NCBI GenBank assembly: GCA_963819425.1
Contig: CAWFWK010000024.1
Coordinates: 38,875 to 102,874, forward strand
Direction: 5' to 3'
Length of the DNA stretch: 64,000 nucleotides
From: an uncultured Acidobacteriaceae bacterium
GTDB lineage: Bacteria > Acidobacteriota > Terriglobia > Terriglobales > Acidobacteriaceae
Each line of letters starts with the position of its first letter. The stretch's first letter is position 1. This document shows positions 40,355-50,697 of the stretch, one piece after another. The notes beneath the pieces were generated by a model, which ran no database searches, was not told the origin of the DNA, and saw only the letters and a list, made by a program, of their open reading frames with translations. The translations under genes and the position numbers were made by a program.

Positions 40355-42286
40355 TCATTCGACATCTTTCTTCTCCGCCGGCGCCTTCTCGGGCGTGGTC
40401 AGCGGTTTGATGATGTCATCGAGATACGACGGCGTTCCCTCCACGCGCTCCAGCGCTGGATACCGCTCCCCTTCGTGATAATCAATCTGGATCGTCGACA
40501 CAAATGAGTCCGCCTGCACAATCACACGAATTTGTTTCGCAGGATCTTTCGCTTCCCGAATCGCCTCACGAAGCGCGTCGCCCGAGTAGACCTTGTCGTT
40601 CACCGCCATGATCTTCTCGCCCGGCGCGAGCCCAGCCTTATCCGCAGGCCCATTCCAGAGCACATCGACAATCATCCCGTCTGCTCCGACGCTCAGTCCG
40701 ATCGAGTACCAGCAGTTCACTCCGCTGCCTCGTCGTCCCTCCGCGGCTGCAATCATACGTTCTGATTTTGTCGGCTTGTCTTTGAAAACCAATTTGTATC
40801 CGCCCTGCTCGATGCCCGCTAAATCTACATGCGGATTGATCTTGTCTACGCGATCGTGGAGAAATGTTGCCCAGTCATAAGGCACGACCTGGTTCAAATC
40901 CCGCACCAGTTCATCGAAGTTGTAGGTCACGATTAGCGGTCCCGTATTGCCGCCTTTGCCCAGAAAAATCTTCACGAAGTCATCGAGCGACTTTTTGTTC
41001 TGTGTCATCTTGCGGATGAGTGTGTCCGCATCCAGCCACAGCACTTCTCCCTCGAAGTAGTAGTCCTGCCCGCGCCGCCAGTTTGACCACGCCGGATTTC
41101 CTCCGCGCAAAATGCTCGCTCCCACCGCCGTATCCACGGTCGGCCGCCACTCGCGCCCGCGTGTGTAGTCGAGTTCGGCCGCAGTGGCCGCCAGCACATC
41201 CTTGTACTCCTGGGCATTCTTCAGGCCCGACCTCGCTGCCAGCACATTTCCCCAATACTCCGTCATGCCCTCGTAAACCCACAGCAAGGCGCCCTGCATG
41301 GGAGTAGAAAAGTCCTGCTGATACAGTCCCACCGGCCGGCGATACTTGCCATTCCACGAGTGCGTGAACTCGTGCGAAAGCAGGTCCGACTCGGGCAGCT
41401 GGTGGGTATCATCTGCGAATCCTTTCTCGCCGACTCCGTTATCCGACGACTGCCCATGCTCCAATCCCATCCCGCCTGCCACATCGGAAAGAGTCAGCAA
41501 AAAGTGATACTCGTTGTAGTGATGGGACGCGTAAAGAGCATCTGCCTCGCGCACCAGGTTGGCCACTTCGGCCAATGCTGCGGGCCGCAGATTCGCATCT
41601 TCCGGCGCATCCGCCGCCACGTCCAGAAAATGCTGTGGTTTGATCGTCGGCGCCAAGGGATATTCGTGGAAGTAAAGGCCCGTCAAAATCGGCGAGTCTT
41701 CCAGTTGCTCAACAGTCGTCGCTGCAAACTTCGTCGTGCCTCCCGCTGCCGGCACTGGATAAGCCTCGCCGCTCACCGGCTTCAGCGCCGTTCCGATTCC
41801 CCAACCCGCAGGCACTTTCACCGATGGCTGAATCGGAATGTCCTTCACCGGCACGTTGGCCGGATACAGCATCAGCGCCTCCCATTCCAGTGCGGCCATT
41901 CGTTGCGAAATGCGCCGCGTCACAATCGCGTCCACGTGCGCATGCACTGTCGTTACGCCGCTCGGCACCGTCAGGTGATACTCAAAGAGATTCACGTCGT
42001 CGCGCCGCCACTCCAGCGTTTTCCCATTCGCCGTAAACACCACGCCGGTAAACGAAGATGCGGGCCCTGAAGGCATGTGATGCCCTGGAATCCACTCTGG
42101 CGAAATCAAGGTCAGCGGTCCGGCAGACACTGGAAAATCCATATCCGCATGGATGAGTTTGCGTGGCGCATCTGAAAGGTCAGCCGTGATCTGGATCGGC
42201 GTCTTTTGTGCATTTGCAAATGAAACGACAAGGGCAAACAGGGTGAGGGCAGGGAAGTGTTTGGCGCAGCGCATCAACGAAAACAT
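40355..42286 (-). CDS. M61-family metallopeptidase (glycyl aminopeptidase-like) with C-terminal PDZ domain
   Basis: Signal peptide, the HEFTHSWNGKY zinc motif and a PDZ-like segment (ADKAGLAPGEKIMAVN). Confidence 0.85.
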   Translation of the reverse strand: MFSLMRCAKHFPALTLFALVVSFANAQKTPIQITADLSDAPRKLIHADMDFPVSAGPLTLISPEWIPGHHMPSGPASSFTGVVFTANGKTLEWRRDDVNLFEYHLTVPSGVTTVHAHVDAIVTRRISQRMAALEWEALMLYPANVPVKDIPIQPSVKVPAGWGIGTALKPVSGEAYPVPAAGGTTKFAATTVEQLEDSPILTGLYFHEYPLAPTIKPQHFLDVAADAPEDANLRPAALAEVANLVREADALYASHHYNEYHFLLTLSDVAGGMGLEHGQSSDNGVGEKGFADDTHQLPESDLLSHEFTHSWNGKYRRPVGLYQQDFSTPMQGALLWVYEGMTEYWGNVLAARSGLKNAQEYKDVLAATAAELDYTRGREWRPTVDTAVGASILRGGNPAWSNWRRGQDYYFEGEVLWLDADTLIRKMTQNKKSLDDFVKIFLGKGGNTGPLIVTYNFDELVRDLNQVVPYDWATFLHDRVDKINPHVDLAGIEQGGYKLVFKDKPTKSERMIAAAEGRRGSGVNCWYSIGLSVGADGMIVDVLWNGPADKAGLAPGEKIMAVNDKVYSGDALREAIREAKDPAKQIRVIVQADSFVSTIQIDYHEGERYPALERVEGTPSYLDDIIKPLTTPEKAPAEKKDVE

Positions 42287-42406
42287 CCAGACAAAGGCCT
42301 CCTGAAGAATTTCAGATTATCCCACGCCACAGGCTCGAACATCGCGATGCGAGAAGTGATTGTCCTCAGATACAGCAAAGGCGGCAAGTCGCCAGCCACC
42401 TATGCG

Positions 42407-42868
42407 CTACTTGATGTTTAGCAATTCCATGATCCGCCCCACGATGCCCGTCGGGCCCTTGTCGTGCGCCAGAGTCATTTTTCCGTCCTTCGGAATCCAC
42501 ACTTCTTCCCCGGACGAACTCACGTTGAACAATCCCAGCTCATGCTTCTCCGCAAGACGCGCCACCGTCATGTAAGCGGGCTCCGCCTTGGACCAGGCAA
42601 AGGACGCGTAAATAAAATCTCCGCCAATGGCATAGTCCGTGCTTGACGCCTCATCCTCCGGCAACTGCACCGTTGTTGCCGTTCTGTTCATTGGAGGGAA
42701 AATTCGAATGATGTCTTCGAACCATGCCCTCAGGTGCTCTGAGCCGAGTGCTGGATCGTCATACCCATGGTCCTCTCCCCATTTGATCTGCCGGGCATAC
42801 CAGTCCACAAACTCGGCGTGGCCCTGGGGAACAGCGCCGGGCTCAAAGACCATCAGGTCGTAGCTCAT
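42407..42868 (-). CDS. Hypothetical cytoplasmic protein
   Basis: 153-aa ORF with normal composition. No motif I recognise. Confidence 0.45.
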   Translation of the reverse strand: MSYDLMVFEPGAVPQGHAEFVDWYARQIKWGEDHGYDDPALGSEHLRAWFEDIIRIFPPMNRTATTVQLPEDEASSTDYAIGGDFIYASFAWSKAEPAYMTVARLAEKHELGLFNVSSSGEEVWIPKDGKMTLAHDKGPTGIVGRIMELLNIK

Positions 42869-43100
42869 GATGTGATGCTATCCCGTTGCCCCAACTCGCG
42901 TCGCAGGCGGGCAGGAATTTTCTCTCCAGGGCAGCGGTGAAACCGGGACAGACCGTTTCCTTGATTGTGCCTTTATGTCTCGCGTGATAAAGCTAAGGTA
43001 CAGGTGGACGGGATTCCAGGCAGCGGCGATTCAGATCTGCGCTTTGCATAAACCGCTCATTCTCCAATCCTGATTTTGTATCAAGGGAAGCGATCAAAGA

Positions 43101-44561
43101 ATGAGCGCCGGGCCTATGGCGGAAGTGGAATCCCTCTACGGGGATTATTCCCTCGATCAAGCATTCGACGAGATGCGTGAGTCGGCGGGAGATGTCCGCC
43201 TGCACTATCGTGCCTTGGCCGAGACGCTCGCGCGTCTGCCAAAAGAGGAGCTGCAGCGACGAAAACAATCCGCTGAGCTGTCTTTCCTCACGCAGGGCAT
43301 CACCTTTACCGTGTACGGTCGGGATGAGGGCACCGAAAAAATCTTTCCCTACGACCTGCTACCTCGTCTGGTCACCTCGCAGGAGTGGGATCGTATCGAG
43401 CGCGGCCTTACCCAGCGCATCACCGCCCTCAATCTCTTCCTCCGTGATGTCTATTCCGAAGCCAAAATCCTCAATGACCGTGTCGTTCCCCGTGAGCTTG
43501 TATACAGCTGCAAACACTATCGACGCCAGATGCGGGGCTTGCAGGTACCGCGCAACGTCTACATCTCCGTCGTTGGCTCCGACCTGCTCCGCCTGAACAC
43601 TGGGGAGTTCGTTGTCCTCGAAGATAACCTCCGCGTGCCTTCCGGGGTGAGCTACATGCTCACGAACCGCCGCGTCATGAAACGCACATTCCCTGAGCTC
43701 TTTCACAGCTACGGCGTTCGGCCCATCGAGCACTATCCGCAACTGCTGCTCGCCACACTGCGCTCGCTGGCTCCCGAAGGCCGGCCCGAGCCGAATATCG
43801 TTCTGCTCACTCCCGGCGTCTTTAACTCCGCGTATTTCGAGCACACCTATCTCGCCCGCCAGATGGGCATAGATCTTGTCGAGGGCCGCGATCTCGTTAC
43901 TCACGACAACGTCGTCTACATGCGTACCACCGACGGCCTCAAGCGCGTCGACGTTATCTACCGGCGCGTCGACGACGACTTCAGCGATCCCCTCATCTTC
44001 CGCGGCGACTCTATCCTCGGCTGCACCGGGCTCTTCAACGCCTATCGCGCTGGAAATGTCACCGTGACGAACGCCTTCGGCACAGGCCTCGCTGACGACA
44101 AGGCCCTCTACGCATTTGTGCCCGACATCGTCCACTACTACCTCGGCGAAGATCCAATTCTCAACAACGTAAAGACCTACTTGATGACGGAGGACAAGGA
44201 GCGCCAGCACGTCCTCGCCAACCTCGACAACATGGTGGTGAAAGCCGTTGGCGAAAGCGGTGGTTACGGCATGCTCATCGGCCCACATTCCACCGCACGG
44301 CAGCGCGAAGAATTCGCGACGCGTATCAAGGCCAATCCGCGCAATTACATCGCCCAGCCGACTCTCGACTTTTCGCGCGCTCCCTGCCTCATCGGCGATC
44401 GCCTTGAGCCGCGCCACGTCGATCTGCGGCCTTACATTTTGTTTGGCGACAAGATCAACATCGTCCCTGGAGGCCTCACCCGCGTGGCGCTCGAGAAGGG
44501 CTCACTCGTGGTCAACTCCTCGCAAGGCGGCGGCAGCAAAGATACATGGGTTCTGGAATAG
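43101..44561 (+). CDS. Circularly permuted type-2 ATP-grasp protein (DUF404/DUF407 family)
   Basis: 486 aa. The conserved stretches are typical of this family ([39 protein letters not shown]). It is the first gene of the conserved three-gene operon. Confidence 0.85.
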   Translation: MSAGPMAEVESLYGDYSLDQAFDEMRESAGDVRLHYRALAETLARLPKEELQRRKQSAELSFLTQGITFTVYGRDEGTEKIFPYDLLPRLVTSQEWDRIERGLTQRITALNLFLRDVYSEAKILNDRVVPRELVYSCKHYRRQMRGLQVPRNVYISVVGSDLLRLNTGEFVVLEDNLRVPSGVSYMLTNRRVMKRTFPELFHSYGVRPIEHYPQLLLATLRSLAPEGRPEPNIVLLTPGVFNSAYFEHTYLARQMGIDLVEGRDLVTHDNVVYMRTTDGLKRVDVIYRRVDDDFSDPLIFRGDSILGCTGLFNAYRAGNVTVTNAFGTGLADDKALYAFVPDIVHYYLGEDPILNNVKTYLMTEDKERQHVLANLDNMVVKAVGESGGYGMLIGPHSTARQREEFATRIKANPRNYIAQPTLDFSRAPCLIGDRLEPRHVDLRPYILFGDKINIVPGGLTRVALEKGSLVVNSSQGGGSKDTWVLE

Positions 44562-44592
44562 CAGCAAATCATAGGTCCGGGAGAGTACCAAG

Positions 44593-45555
44593 ATGCTTTC
44601 GCGCGTTGCCGACAGCCTCTATTGGATGAGCCGCTACCTCGAGCGCGCCGAGAACACCGTGCGCCAGCTCGATGTGGCGATGAGCCTCATGCTCGATTCA
44701 GGCGGCGCCAGTGCAGAAAGCCATTGGCAACGCCTGGTTGCGTCTCTCGGAAATCCGGACGGACTTGAGTGGACCGGCGACCCTGACGCCAACGCCGAAA
44801 GACTCGTCTTCGACAAGCACCATCCTGCATCCGTGACGTGTTGTATCGACGCAGCAAGAGAAAACGCCCGACAGATTCGCGAGGAAATCTCCACCGAGCA
44901 ATGGCAGCGCCTCAACCGCCTCTATCACCAGATGCACTCGCCGCACACCGAGACGCAGTTCAAATCCAACATGAACGACGTCCTTACTTCGCTGATTGAC
45001 GCCGTTCATCTCTTTAAGGGCGTAACGGACACAACCATGATTCACGGCCAAGGATGGCACTTCATCCGCCTTGGCCGCTACCTCGAGCGCGCCTACGCCA
45101 TCGCCACGCTTCTCGAGGTCTATCAGCCCCTGCTCTCGCTTCCAACCGAGCGCGAGCACTCCGGCTATCTCTATCTTGAGCAGGTGGGGCTTCTTCGCTG
45201 CTGCACGGCCTTTGAAGCGTATTGCCAGGTCTATACCGCCGATCTCACGCCCGACCGCATTCTCGAGTTTCTGCTGCTCAACCGGGACTTTCCCCACGCC
45301 ATCCGCTATTCGGTCGAGGGCGTCCGCCAGGCAATCCAATCCATCCAGCACACCGGGGGGCGCCGGCCGCCTGACGAACTCACTGCCGGCATCGGCCGCC
45401 TGCACGCCATGCTCAGCTTCACTTCGATCAACGAAATTCTCAACGGTGATGCCGCTGCTTTCCTGCATACCATCCGTCAGCAGTGCATGCGCATTCACGA
45501 AATCATGTACCGCTACTACATCCAGTACTCCATCCAGTCCGCGCTGGCTATCTAA
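44593..45555 (+). CDS. Alpha-E domain protein (DUF403)
   Basis: The N-terminus MLSRVADSLYWMSRYLERAEN is the signature start of alpha-E proteins. It lies 32 bp after the ATP-grasp gene. Confidence 0.85.
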   Translation: MLSRVADSLYWMSRYLERAENTVRQLDVAMSLMLDSGGASAESHWQRLVASLGNPDGLEWTGDPDANAERLVFDKHHPASVTCCIDAARENARQIREEISTEQWQRLNRLYHQMHSPHTETQFKSNMNDVLTSLIDAVHLFKGVTDTTMIHGQGWHFIRLGRYLERAYAIATLLEVYQPLLSLPTEREHSGYLYLEQVGLLRCCTAFEAYCQVYTADLTPDRILEFLLLNRDFPHAIRYSVEGVRQAIQSIQHTGGRRPPDELTAGIGRLHAMLSFTSINEILNGDAAAFLHTIRQQCMRIHEIMYRYYIQYSIQSALAI

Positions 45556-45573
45556 TCTCAGGATTCTGACCAC

Positions 45574-46557
45574 ATGAACTGCTATGCAATCCGGCACCTG
45601 ACGCGCTTCCGCTACTCCCGATCGGTCAGCGAGAGCATTATGGAAACGCGGATGCATCCGCGCTCCGATTCAAACCAGCACTGCCTCACGTTTTCGCTTT
45701 CCGTCAGCCCGCGTTGCCGCGTCTTCACCTACCGCGACCATTTCGGCAACAACGTCCACCATTTCGATATTCCCAGCGACCATAATCAGCTCGTCATAGT
45801 TGCCGAATCCGTTGTCGAACAGCAGCCCATGCCGGATGTCCCAGGATTCTTGTCGCCCGATGCGTGGCAAGCCCTCGACGCCATGATCGAAGCAGGCGAT
45901 TACTGGGAGATGCTGTTGCCCAGCGAATTTGTAGCCGAAACCCCGGCGCTCACCCTGCTGGCCAAGCAGATGGGAGTCAGCCGCCGTGACGATCCCTTGA
46001 TGCTCGTGCGGGAACTCAACCAGCGCCTCTTCGACTACTTCGACTATGTTCCCCGTTCGACCCGCGTGGACTCACCGATAGACGACGCCATCGTCAGCGG
46101 CAAGGGGGTTTGCCAGGACTTTGCCCACACCATGATCGCGCTGCTCCGACTCGTCCGGATTCCGGCTCGCTATGTTTCCGGCTATCTCTATCGCAGCCGC
46201 GAAGACCACGACCGCTCCACCCCCGACGCAACCCACGCCTGGGTCGACGTGTTCCTCCCGCATCTCGGCTGGGTCGGCTTTGATCCCACCAACAACCTTG
46301 TTGCCCACCATCGCCACATCCGCACCGCCGTCGGCCGCGACTATGCCGACGTTCCCCCCACACACGGTATATTTCGGGGCAAAACGTCGAGCGAGCTCTA
46401 CGTAGCAGTACATGTCGAGGCCAGCGACCAGCCCCCCGCCTTGGATCGCAAGATGCCCATTCCTGAGGACTGGTCAGTCCTGGTTGAACGCGCCCAGCAG
46501 CCTCCCGAGCGACCCCAACCCCTCATCGACTTGCAGCAGATGCAGCAGCAACAATGA
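45574..46557 (+). CDS. Transglutaminase-family protein (Bact_transglu_N + transglutaminase core)
   Basis: The N-terminus is IRHLTRFRYSRSV. The catalytic Cys context is GKGVCQDFAH, with His/Asp contexts THAWVDV and GFDPTN. Confidence 0.85.
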   Translation: MNCYAIRHLTRFRYSRSVSESIMETRMHPRSDSNQHCLTFSLSVSPRCRVFTYRDHFGNNVHHFDIPSDHNQLVIVAESVVEQQPMPDVPGFLSPDAWQALDAMIEAGDYWEMLLPSEFVAETPALTLLAKQMGVSRRDDPLMLVRELNQRLFDYFDYVPRSTRVDSPIDDAIVSGKGVCQDFAHTMIALLRLVRIPARYVSGYLYRSREDHDRSTPDATHAWVDVFLPHLGWVGFDPTNNLVAHHRHIRTAVGRDYADVPPTHGIFRGKTSSELYVAVHVEASDQPPALDRKMPIPEDWSVLVERAQQPPERPQPLIDLQQMQQQQ

Positions 46558-46628
46558 GATGAGCTGCAGTTTTCCTAGGATGAAATGCCTCTTCCCAGAG
46601 ATTAATTGCGTTTTTTTATTGAATTCTT

Positions 46629-46643
46629 ATTAGGTGACCTAAT
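46629..46643. promoter_or_regulatory. 15-bp palindrome in AT-rich region upstream of the TonB-dependent receptor
   Basis: ATTAGGT-G-ACCTAAT has perfect 7-bp arms. It lies in the locally AT-rich stretch 46590-46650, about 220 bp upstream of the receptor start. Confidence 0.3.
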
Positions 46644-46861
46644 AGATTATGTGAAATTCCTTCACCGGGCGATCGATGCCGGCAAAGCTGAAAGAGCTCC
46701 AAAACGGTACGTTGGGTCTCGCGGTCCACTCTTACTCTTTCCCCCTGAGAGTCGAGGTTTACGAAATACTCAGGCACTGCGCGGGCGGCTATGACCGTTC
46801 GTGCAAAGAATAAAAGGTCGGCTTACAAGGCCACCTAAGGTAGTTTTTTGGAGGAACAGTC

Positions 46862-49800
46862 GTGAAAAAGTCCCTTCTGGGATGGATACTGCTCTGTATC
46901 CTTTCCACCGCCGCACCCTTGTTTGGCCAGTCTGCAACCACCTCACTCCGCGGAACAATCAAGGACCCCTCCGGAGCCTTGGTGCCTGGAGCCAAGATCA
47001 CCATCACCGACCCCGCAAGTGGAACTTCTATTTCGAGAGTTGCCGATAGCGCTGGTTCCTATTTGTTCGCGCAGATCGCTCCGGCGAAATACACGATTTT
47101 GGTTACGGCAAGCGGGTTTGGAAATCAGACCAAAACTGCCGAACTGTTGGTAAACCAGCCCGCGACGATCGATTTTGCACTCACGGTAGAGGCCAATACC
47201 GTCACTGTTGACGTCTCTGCCGCTGCCCAGACGCTCAATATCACTGACGCTTCGCTCGGCAACTCCACCAACAACGCGACAATTCAGGCACTGCCCTCTG
47301 AAGAGCGCAACATTCCCGATCTCCTCTCGCTCCAGCCGGGCGTGATCTTTCTTCCTACGAACCCCATAAATTCAAACGATCCGCGCAGTGGCGCCGTCAA
47401 TGGCGGTCGCTCTGACCAGGGCAACATCACCATCGATGGCATCGACGACAATGACCAGGTGAATGGCTACGCCTTCACCGGCGTTCTCCGCCAGACCCAG
47501 GACTCCATCGAGGAGTTCCGCGTCGTCACCGCAAACTCTAACGCTGATTCAGGCCGTTCCTCGGGCGCCCAGGTCAGCATGGTTACCAAATCCGGCGGCA
47601 ATAAATTTCATGGCGCGGGGTATTGGTACAACCGCAACGGCCTTGGCGTTGCCAACGACTGGTTCGTGAAGCAGGGGCAGTTGAATAACGACGAACCCAA
47701 CGTCCCCGGCAAGCTCATCCGCAACATCTATGGCGCTGATCTTGGCGGTCCCATCCTCAAAGACAAGCTCTTCTTCTTCGGCAACTGGGAAGCGCTGCGG
47801 CGGCGCGAATCCGCTTCCGTTACCCGCACCGTGCCTACCGCCGGCTATCAGAATGGCCAGATCAGCTTCCCCAACGCTGACGGCGGCAACACCACCCTCT
47901 CTGCGAGCGACATTACGGCGCTCGATTCAGGCTGCCAGGTCTGCAACATCGCGCCTTATTCCAGTCCTCCCGGGCCAAATCCAAATGCCGTCGCCCTCTT
48001 CAATACGTACCCAGCCGCCAATGGCACAGCCGCTGGCGACGGATTGAACGAAGGTTCCTACTCGTTTTCGTCTCCTAACCCATTCGACACCAACACCTAC
48101 ATTGCGAAGTTGGACTTTGTTCCTTCCGCCAAACACCACATTTTTGTGCGTGGCCAGCTACAGAAAGATACCAGCGGCGCTGTGGAGCAACTACCAGGAC
48201 AAGGCCCATCAACAATTGACTCCTCCAATAACAAGGGCATCATCGGTGGCGATGCCTGGACCATTACCTCGAACCTCATCAACGATATCCGCTACGGATA
48301 CATCCGGCAGGGTTACAGCTCAGCAGGCGTCGGCGAGGGCGACTACACTTCTTTCCGCTTCCTTGACAATCCGACCTCGCAGAGCCGGTCCTCGATCAAT
48401 AGTGTTCCGGTCAACAACCTTATCGATAACCTGAGCTGGATCAAAGGCAGGCACTCCCTGCAGTTTGGCTTCAACTACCGGCTCATCCACCAGAACAGCT
48501 CTACGGATGCAAACTCCTACAACAATGCAAGCACCAACCCCTATTGGTTGAACGGCGATGCTCCTGGCGCTGACGCGGCCGATGGCGGATTTCTCAACTC
48601 TTACGACATCGCTTTTGCCAATATGGTGGGCACCGTTCCGTCGCGGACGGATGTTATTAACTACCAGATCAGCAGCGCCACATCCGGCACCCTGCTGGCA
48701 GATGGCACTTCAATCGATCGCCACTTCAAAGCCAATGAATATGAAGGCTATGTTCAGGATGCGTGGCGTGTGCTACCCAACCTGACGATCACCGCCGGGG
48801 TTCGTTACTCATATCTGCAGACGCCGTGGGAGACCAAGGGACAGCAGATTGCCCCCACGATCGACACCCACGCCTGGTACCTGAACCGCGAGAAAGCGGC
48901 GCAGGCTGGCCAGATCTACGAAGAAGACCTGACCTTTGCTCCCAGCGGCCCTTATTACAACAAACCGGGTTATTACCCGGTGAATGGGAATAATTTCGCT
49001 CCGCGTCTCGCTATCGCCTTCGCACCCAACCCGAAGACTTCAATTCGCGCAGGCTACGGCATGTACTACGATCACTTCGGTCAAGCCCTGGCTGATGACG
49101 TGAGTTCGCATGGCTCCTTCGGCCTGAGTTCGGCCCTGACCAACCCCTCGGCAGGCATCTACCAGATTGAAGGCGATTGCGCCACAGGCTGCTCCCACCC
49201 CGGTGCACCTCGCTTCGTGGGACGCAACGTATTGCCCAACGTTCCAAATCAGCCAATTCCTGATAGTACGACCAGCTTTCCGTACCTGTATCCGAACAAT
49301 TCCTTCAGTATTCAGTCCGGGCTCGACAGCCAAATCAAGACTCCCTATTCGGAGGCTCTGGACTTCTCCTTGCAGCAGGAGCTTCCGGGCGGCTTCACTC
49401 TTGAAATGGCGTATGTCGGCCGCTTCGGCAAGCGACTTCTGCAAAACCTCGACCTCGCCGAGCCGGTCGACTACGTCGATCCGAAGGGCGGCGGCGATTA
49501 CTATGCCGCGGGAACACAACTCTCCAAGCTCGTGGATCAGAATGGCGGCGACGAGAATGCTTCTGTTCCCGCGATCCCGTACTTCGAGAACGTCTTCCCC
49601 TTCCTCGCCAACTATGACTACGAGGGCGAAAGCGCAACCCAGACCCTGTATTCCTGGGAATGGGCTCCATACCGCTACAACTACGGCGCAACCACCTCCC
49701 TCTCGGATGTGGACTTCTACTCGGCCCTTCCGGAAAACGGCTGGTATCCCAATCCGCCCGGCTGGAAACCGCACTTCTGGCAGGATCAGTTCTCGACGCT

Positions 49801-50614
49801 CTATGTTCTCGCCAGCGTAGGCTCCAGCTATTACAACGCCGGCCAATTCACGCTGCGGCACCCCATGAGCCATGGTTATCAGGTGAATTTTGCCTACACC
49901 TGGTCGCACTCCATCGACATGGGCTCCGACGCCGAGCGCTCTACTCTGCGCAACGGCGGCGCCTTCTCCTACATCCTCAACACCTGGAAGCCTTACCTCA
50001 ACCGTGGCGCGTCGGATTTCGACACGCGCAGCCTCATTACCATCGACTGGGTGTATCAGCTACCCTTCGGTCGCGGAAAGTCCGTGCTCGGCAGCAGCAA
50101 CGGTTTGGTCGACGCATTTATCGGCGGATGGCAATGGTCCGGTCTTAATCGCTGGACCAGCGGATTTCCATTCTCCTTCTACGAGCCCGGTTGGACCACG
50201 AACTGGGAGATCGAGAGCTTCGGCGTGCAGACCGGTCCCATCAAGACGAAGAAGCGTTACGACAAGGACGGCAACGCGCAGTACTTTGACAATCCAGACG
50301 CCATCAACGCTAACGTCTACTGCGGCGGATGCAATGGCGGGAACATGCGCCTGCCCTATCCAGGGGAAGCCGGCGACCGCAATACCTTCCGCGGCGACGG
50401 ATACTTCAATATCGATTCAGGCCTCTCCAAGACTTGGAAGATCAGGGAGTACGGAAGCCTCAAGTTTGCATGGGAGGTTTACAACGTCACCAACAGCGTC
50501 CGCTTTGACGCCGCTTATATCAATACCGGTCTGACCGGCGGCCAACTGGGCGTAGCAACCAGGACTCTCACCGTTCCCCGCCGCATGCAGTTCGGCCTGC
50601 GGTTCGATTTCTAA
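46862..50614 (+). CDS. TonB-dependent receptor with N-terminal carboxypeptidase-regulatory-like domain
   Basis: GTG start with GGAGGA upstream and a signal peptide. A CarboxypepD_reg-like beta-sandwich (GTIKDPSGALVPGAKITIT...YLFAQIAPAKYT) is followed by a plug and a long barrel. The C-terminus is ...RRMQFGLRFDF. Confidence 0.85.
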   Translation: MKKSLLGWILLCILSTAAPLFGQSATTSLRGTIKDPSGALVPGAKITITDPASGTSISRVADSAGSYLFAQIAPAKYTILVTASGFGNQTKTAELLVNQPATIDFALTVEANTVTVDVSAAAQTLNITDASLGNSTNNATIQALPSEERNIPDLLSLQPGVIFLPTNPINSNDPRSGAVNGGRSDQGNITIDGIDDNDQVNGYAFTGVLRQTQDSIEEFRVVTANSNADSGRSSGAQVSMVTKSGGNKFHGAGYWYNRNGLGVANDWFVKQGQLNNDEPNVPGKLIRNIYGADLGGPILKDKLFFFGNWEALRRRESASVTRTVPTAGYQNGQISFPNADGGNTTLSASDITALDSGCQVCNIAPYSSPPGPNPNAVALFNTYPAANGTAAGDGLNEGSYSFSSPNPFDTNTYIAKLDFVPSAKHHIFVRGQLQKDTSGAVEQLPGQGPSTIDSSNNKGIIGGDAWTITSNLINDIRYGYIRQGYSSAGVGEGDYTSFRFLDNPTSQSRSSINSVPVNNLIDNLSWIKGRHSLQFGFNYRLIHQNSSTDANSYNNASTNPYWLNGDAPGADAADGGFLNSYDIAFANMVGTVPSRTDVINYQISSATSGTLLADGTSIDRHFKANEYEGYVQDAWRVLPNLTITAGVRYSYLQTPWETKGQQIAPTIDTHAWYLNREKAAQAGQIYEEDLTFAPSGPYYNKPGYYPVNGNNFAPRLAIAFAPNPKTSIRAGYGMYYDHFGQALADDVSSHGSFGLSSALTNPSAGIYQIEGDCATGCSHPGAPRFVGRNVLPNVPNQPIPDSTTSFPYLYPNNSFSIQSGLDSQIKTPYSEALDFSLQQELPGGFTLEMAYVGRFGKRLLQNLDLAEPVDYVDPKGGGDYYAAGTQLSKLVDQNGGDENASVPAIPYFENVFPFLANYDYEGESATQTLYSWEWAPYRYNYGATTSLSDVDFYSALPENGWYPNPPGWKPHFWQDQFSTLYVLASVGSSYYNAGQFTLRHPMSHGYQVNFAYTWSHSIDMGSDAERSTLRNGGAFSYILNTWKPYLNRGASDFDTRSLITIDWVYQLPFGRGKSVLGSSNGLVDAFIGGWQWSGLNRWTSGFPFSFYEPGWTTNWEIESFGVQTGPIKTKKRYDKDGNAQYFDNPDAINANVYCGGCNGGNMRLPYPGEAGDRNTFRGDGYFNIDSGLSKTWKIREYGSLKFAWEVYNVTNSVRFDAAYINTGLTGGQLGVATRTLTVPRRMQFGLRFDF

Positions 50615-50630
50615 CCTTTCACAAACAGAA

Positions 50631-50669
50631 CGCCGGAAGAGCCTTTGCTCTTCCGGCGTTTTCTTTTCC
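50631..50669 (+). terminator. Intrinsic terminator after the receptor gene
   Basis: Perfect 12-bp stem CGCCGGAAGAGC / GCTCTTCCGGCG, loop CTTT, then TTTTCTTTT. Confidence 0.75.
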
Positions 50670-50697
50670 GCCTTCGATTAGTCGAACAGGCATTTAA

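Noticed and set aside
46644-46861. A cobalamin or other riboswitch in the leader of the TonB-dependent receptor.
   Set aside because: No B12-box-like sequence or other riboswitch core that I recognise.
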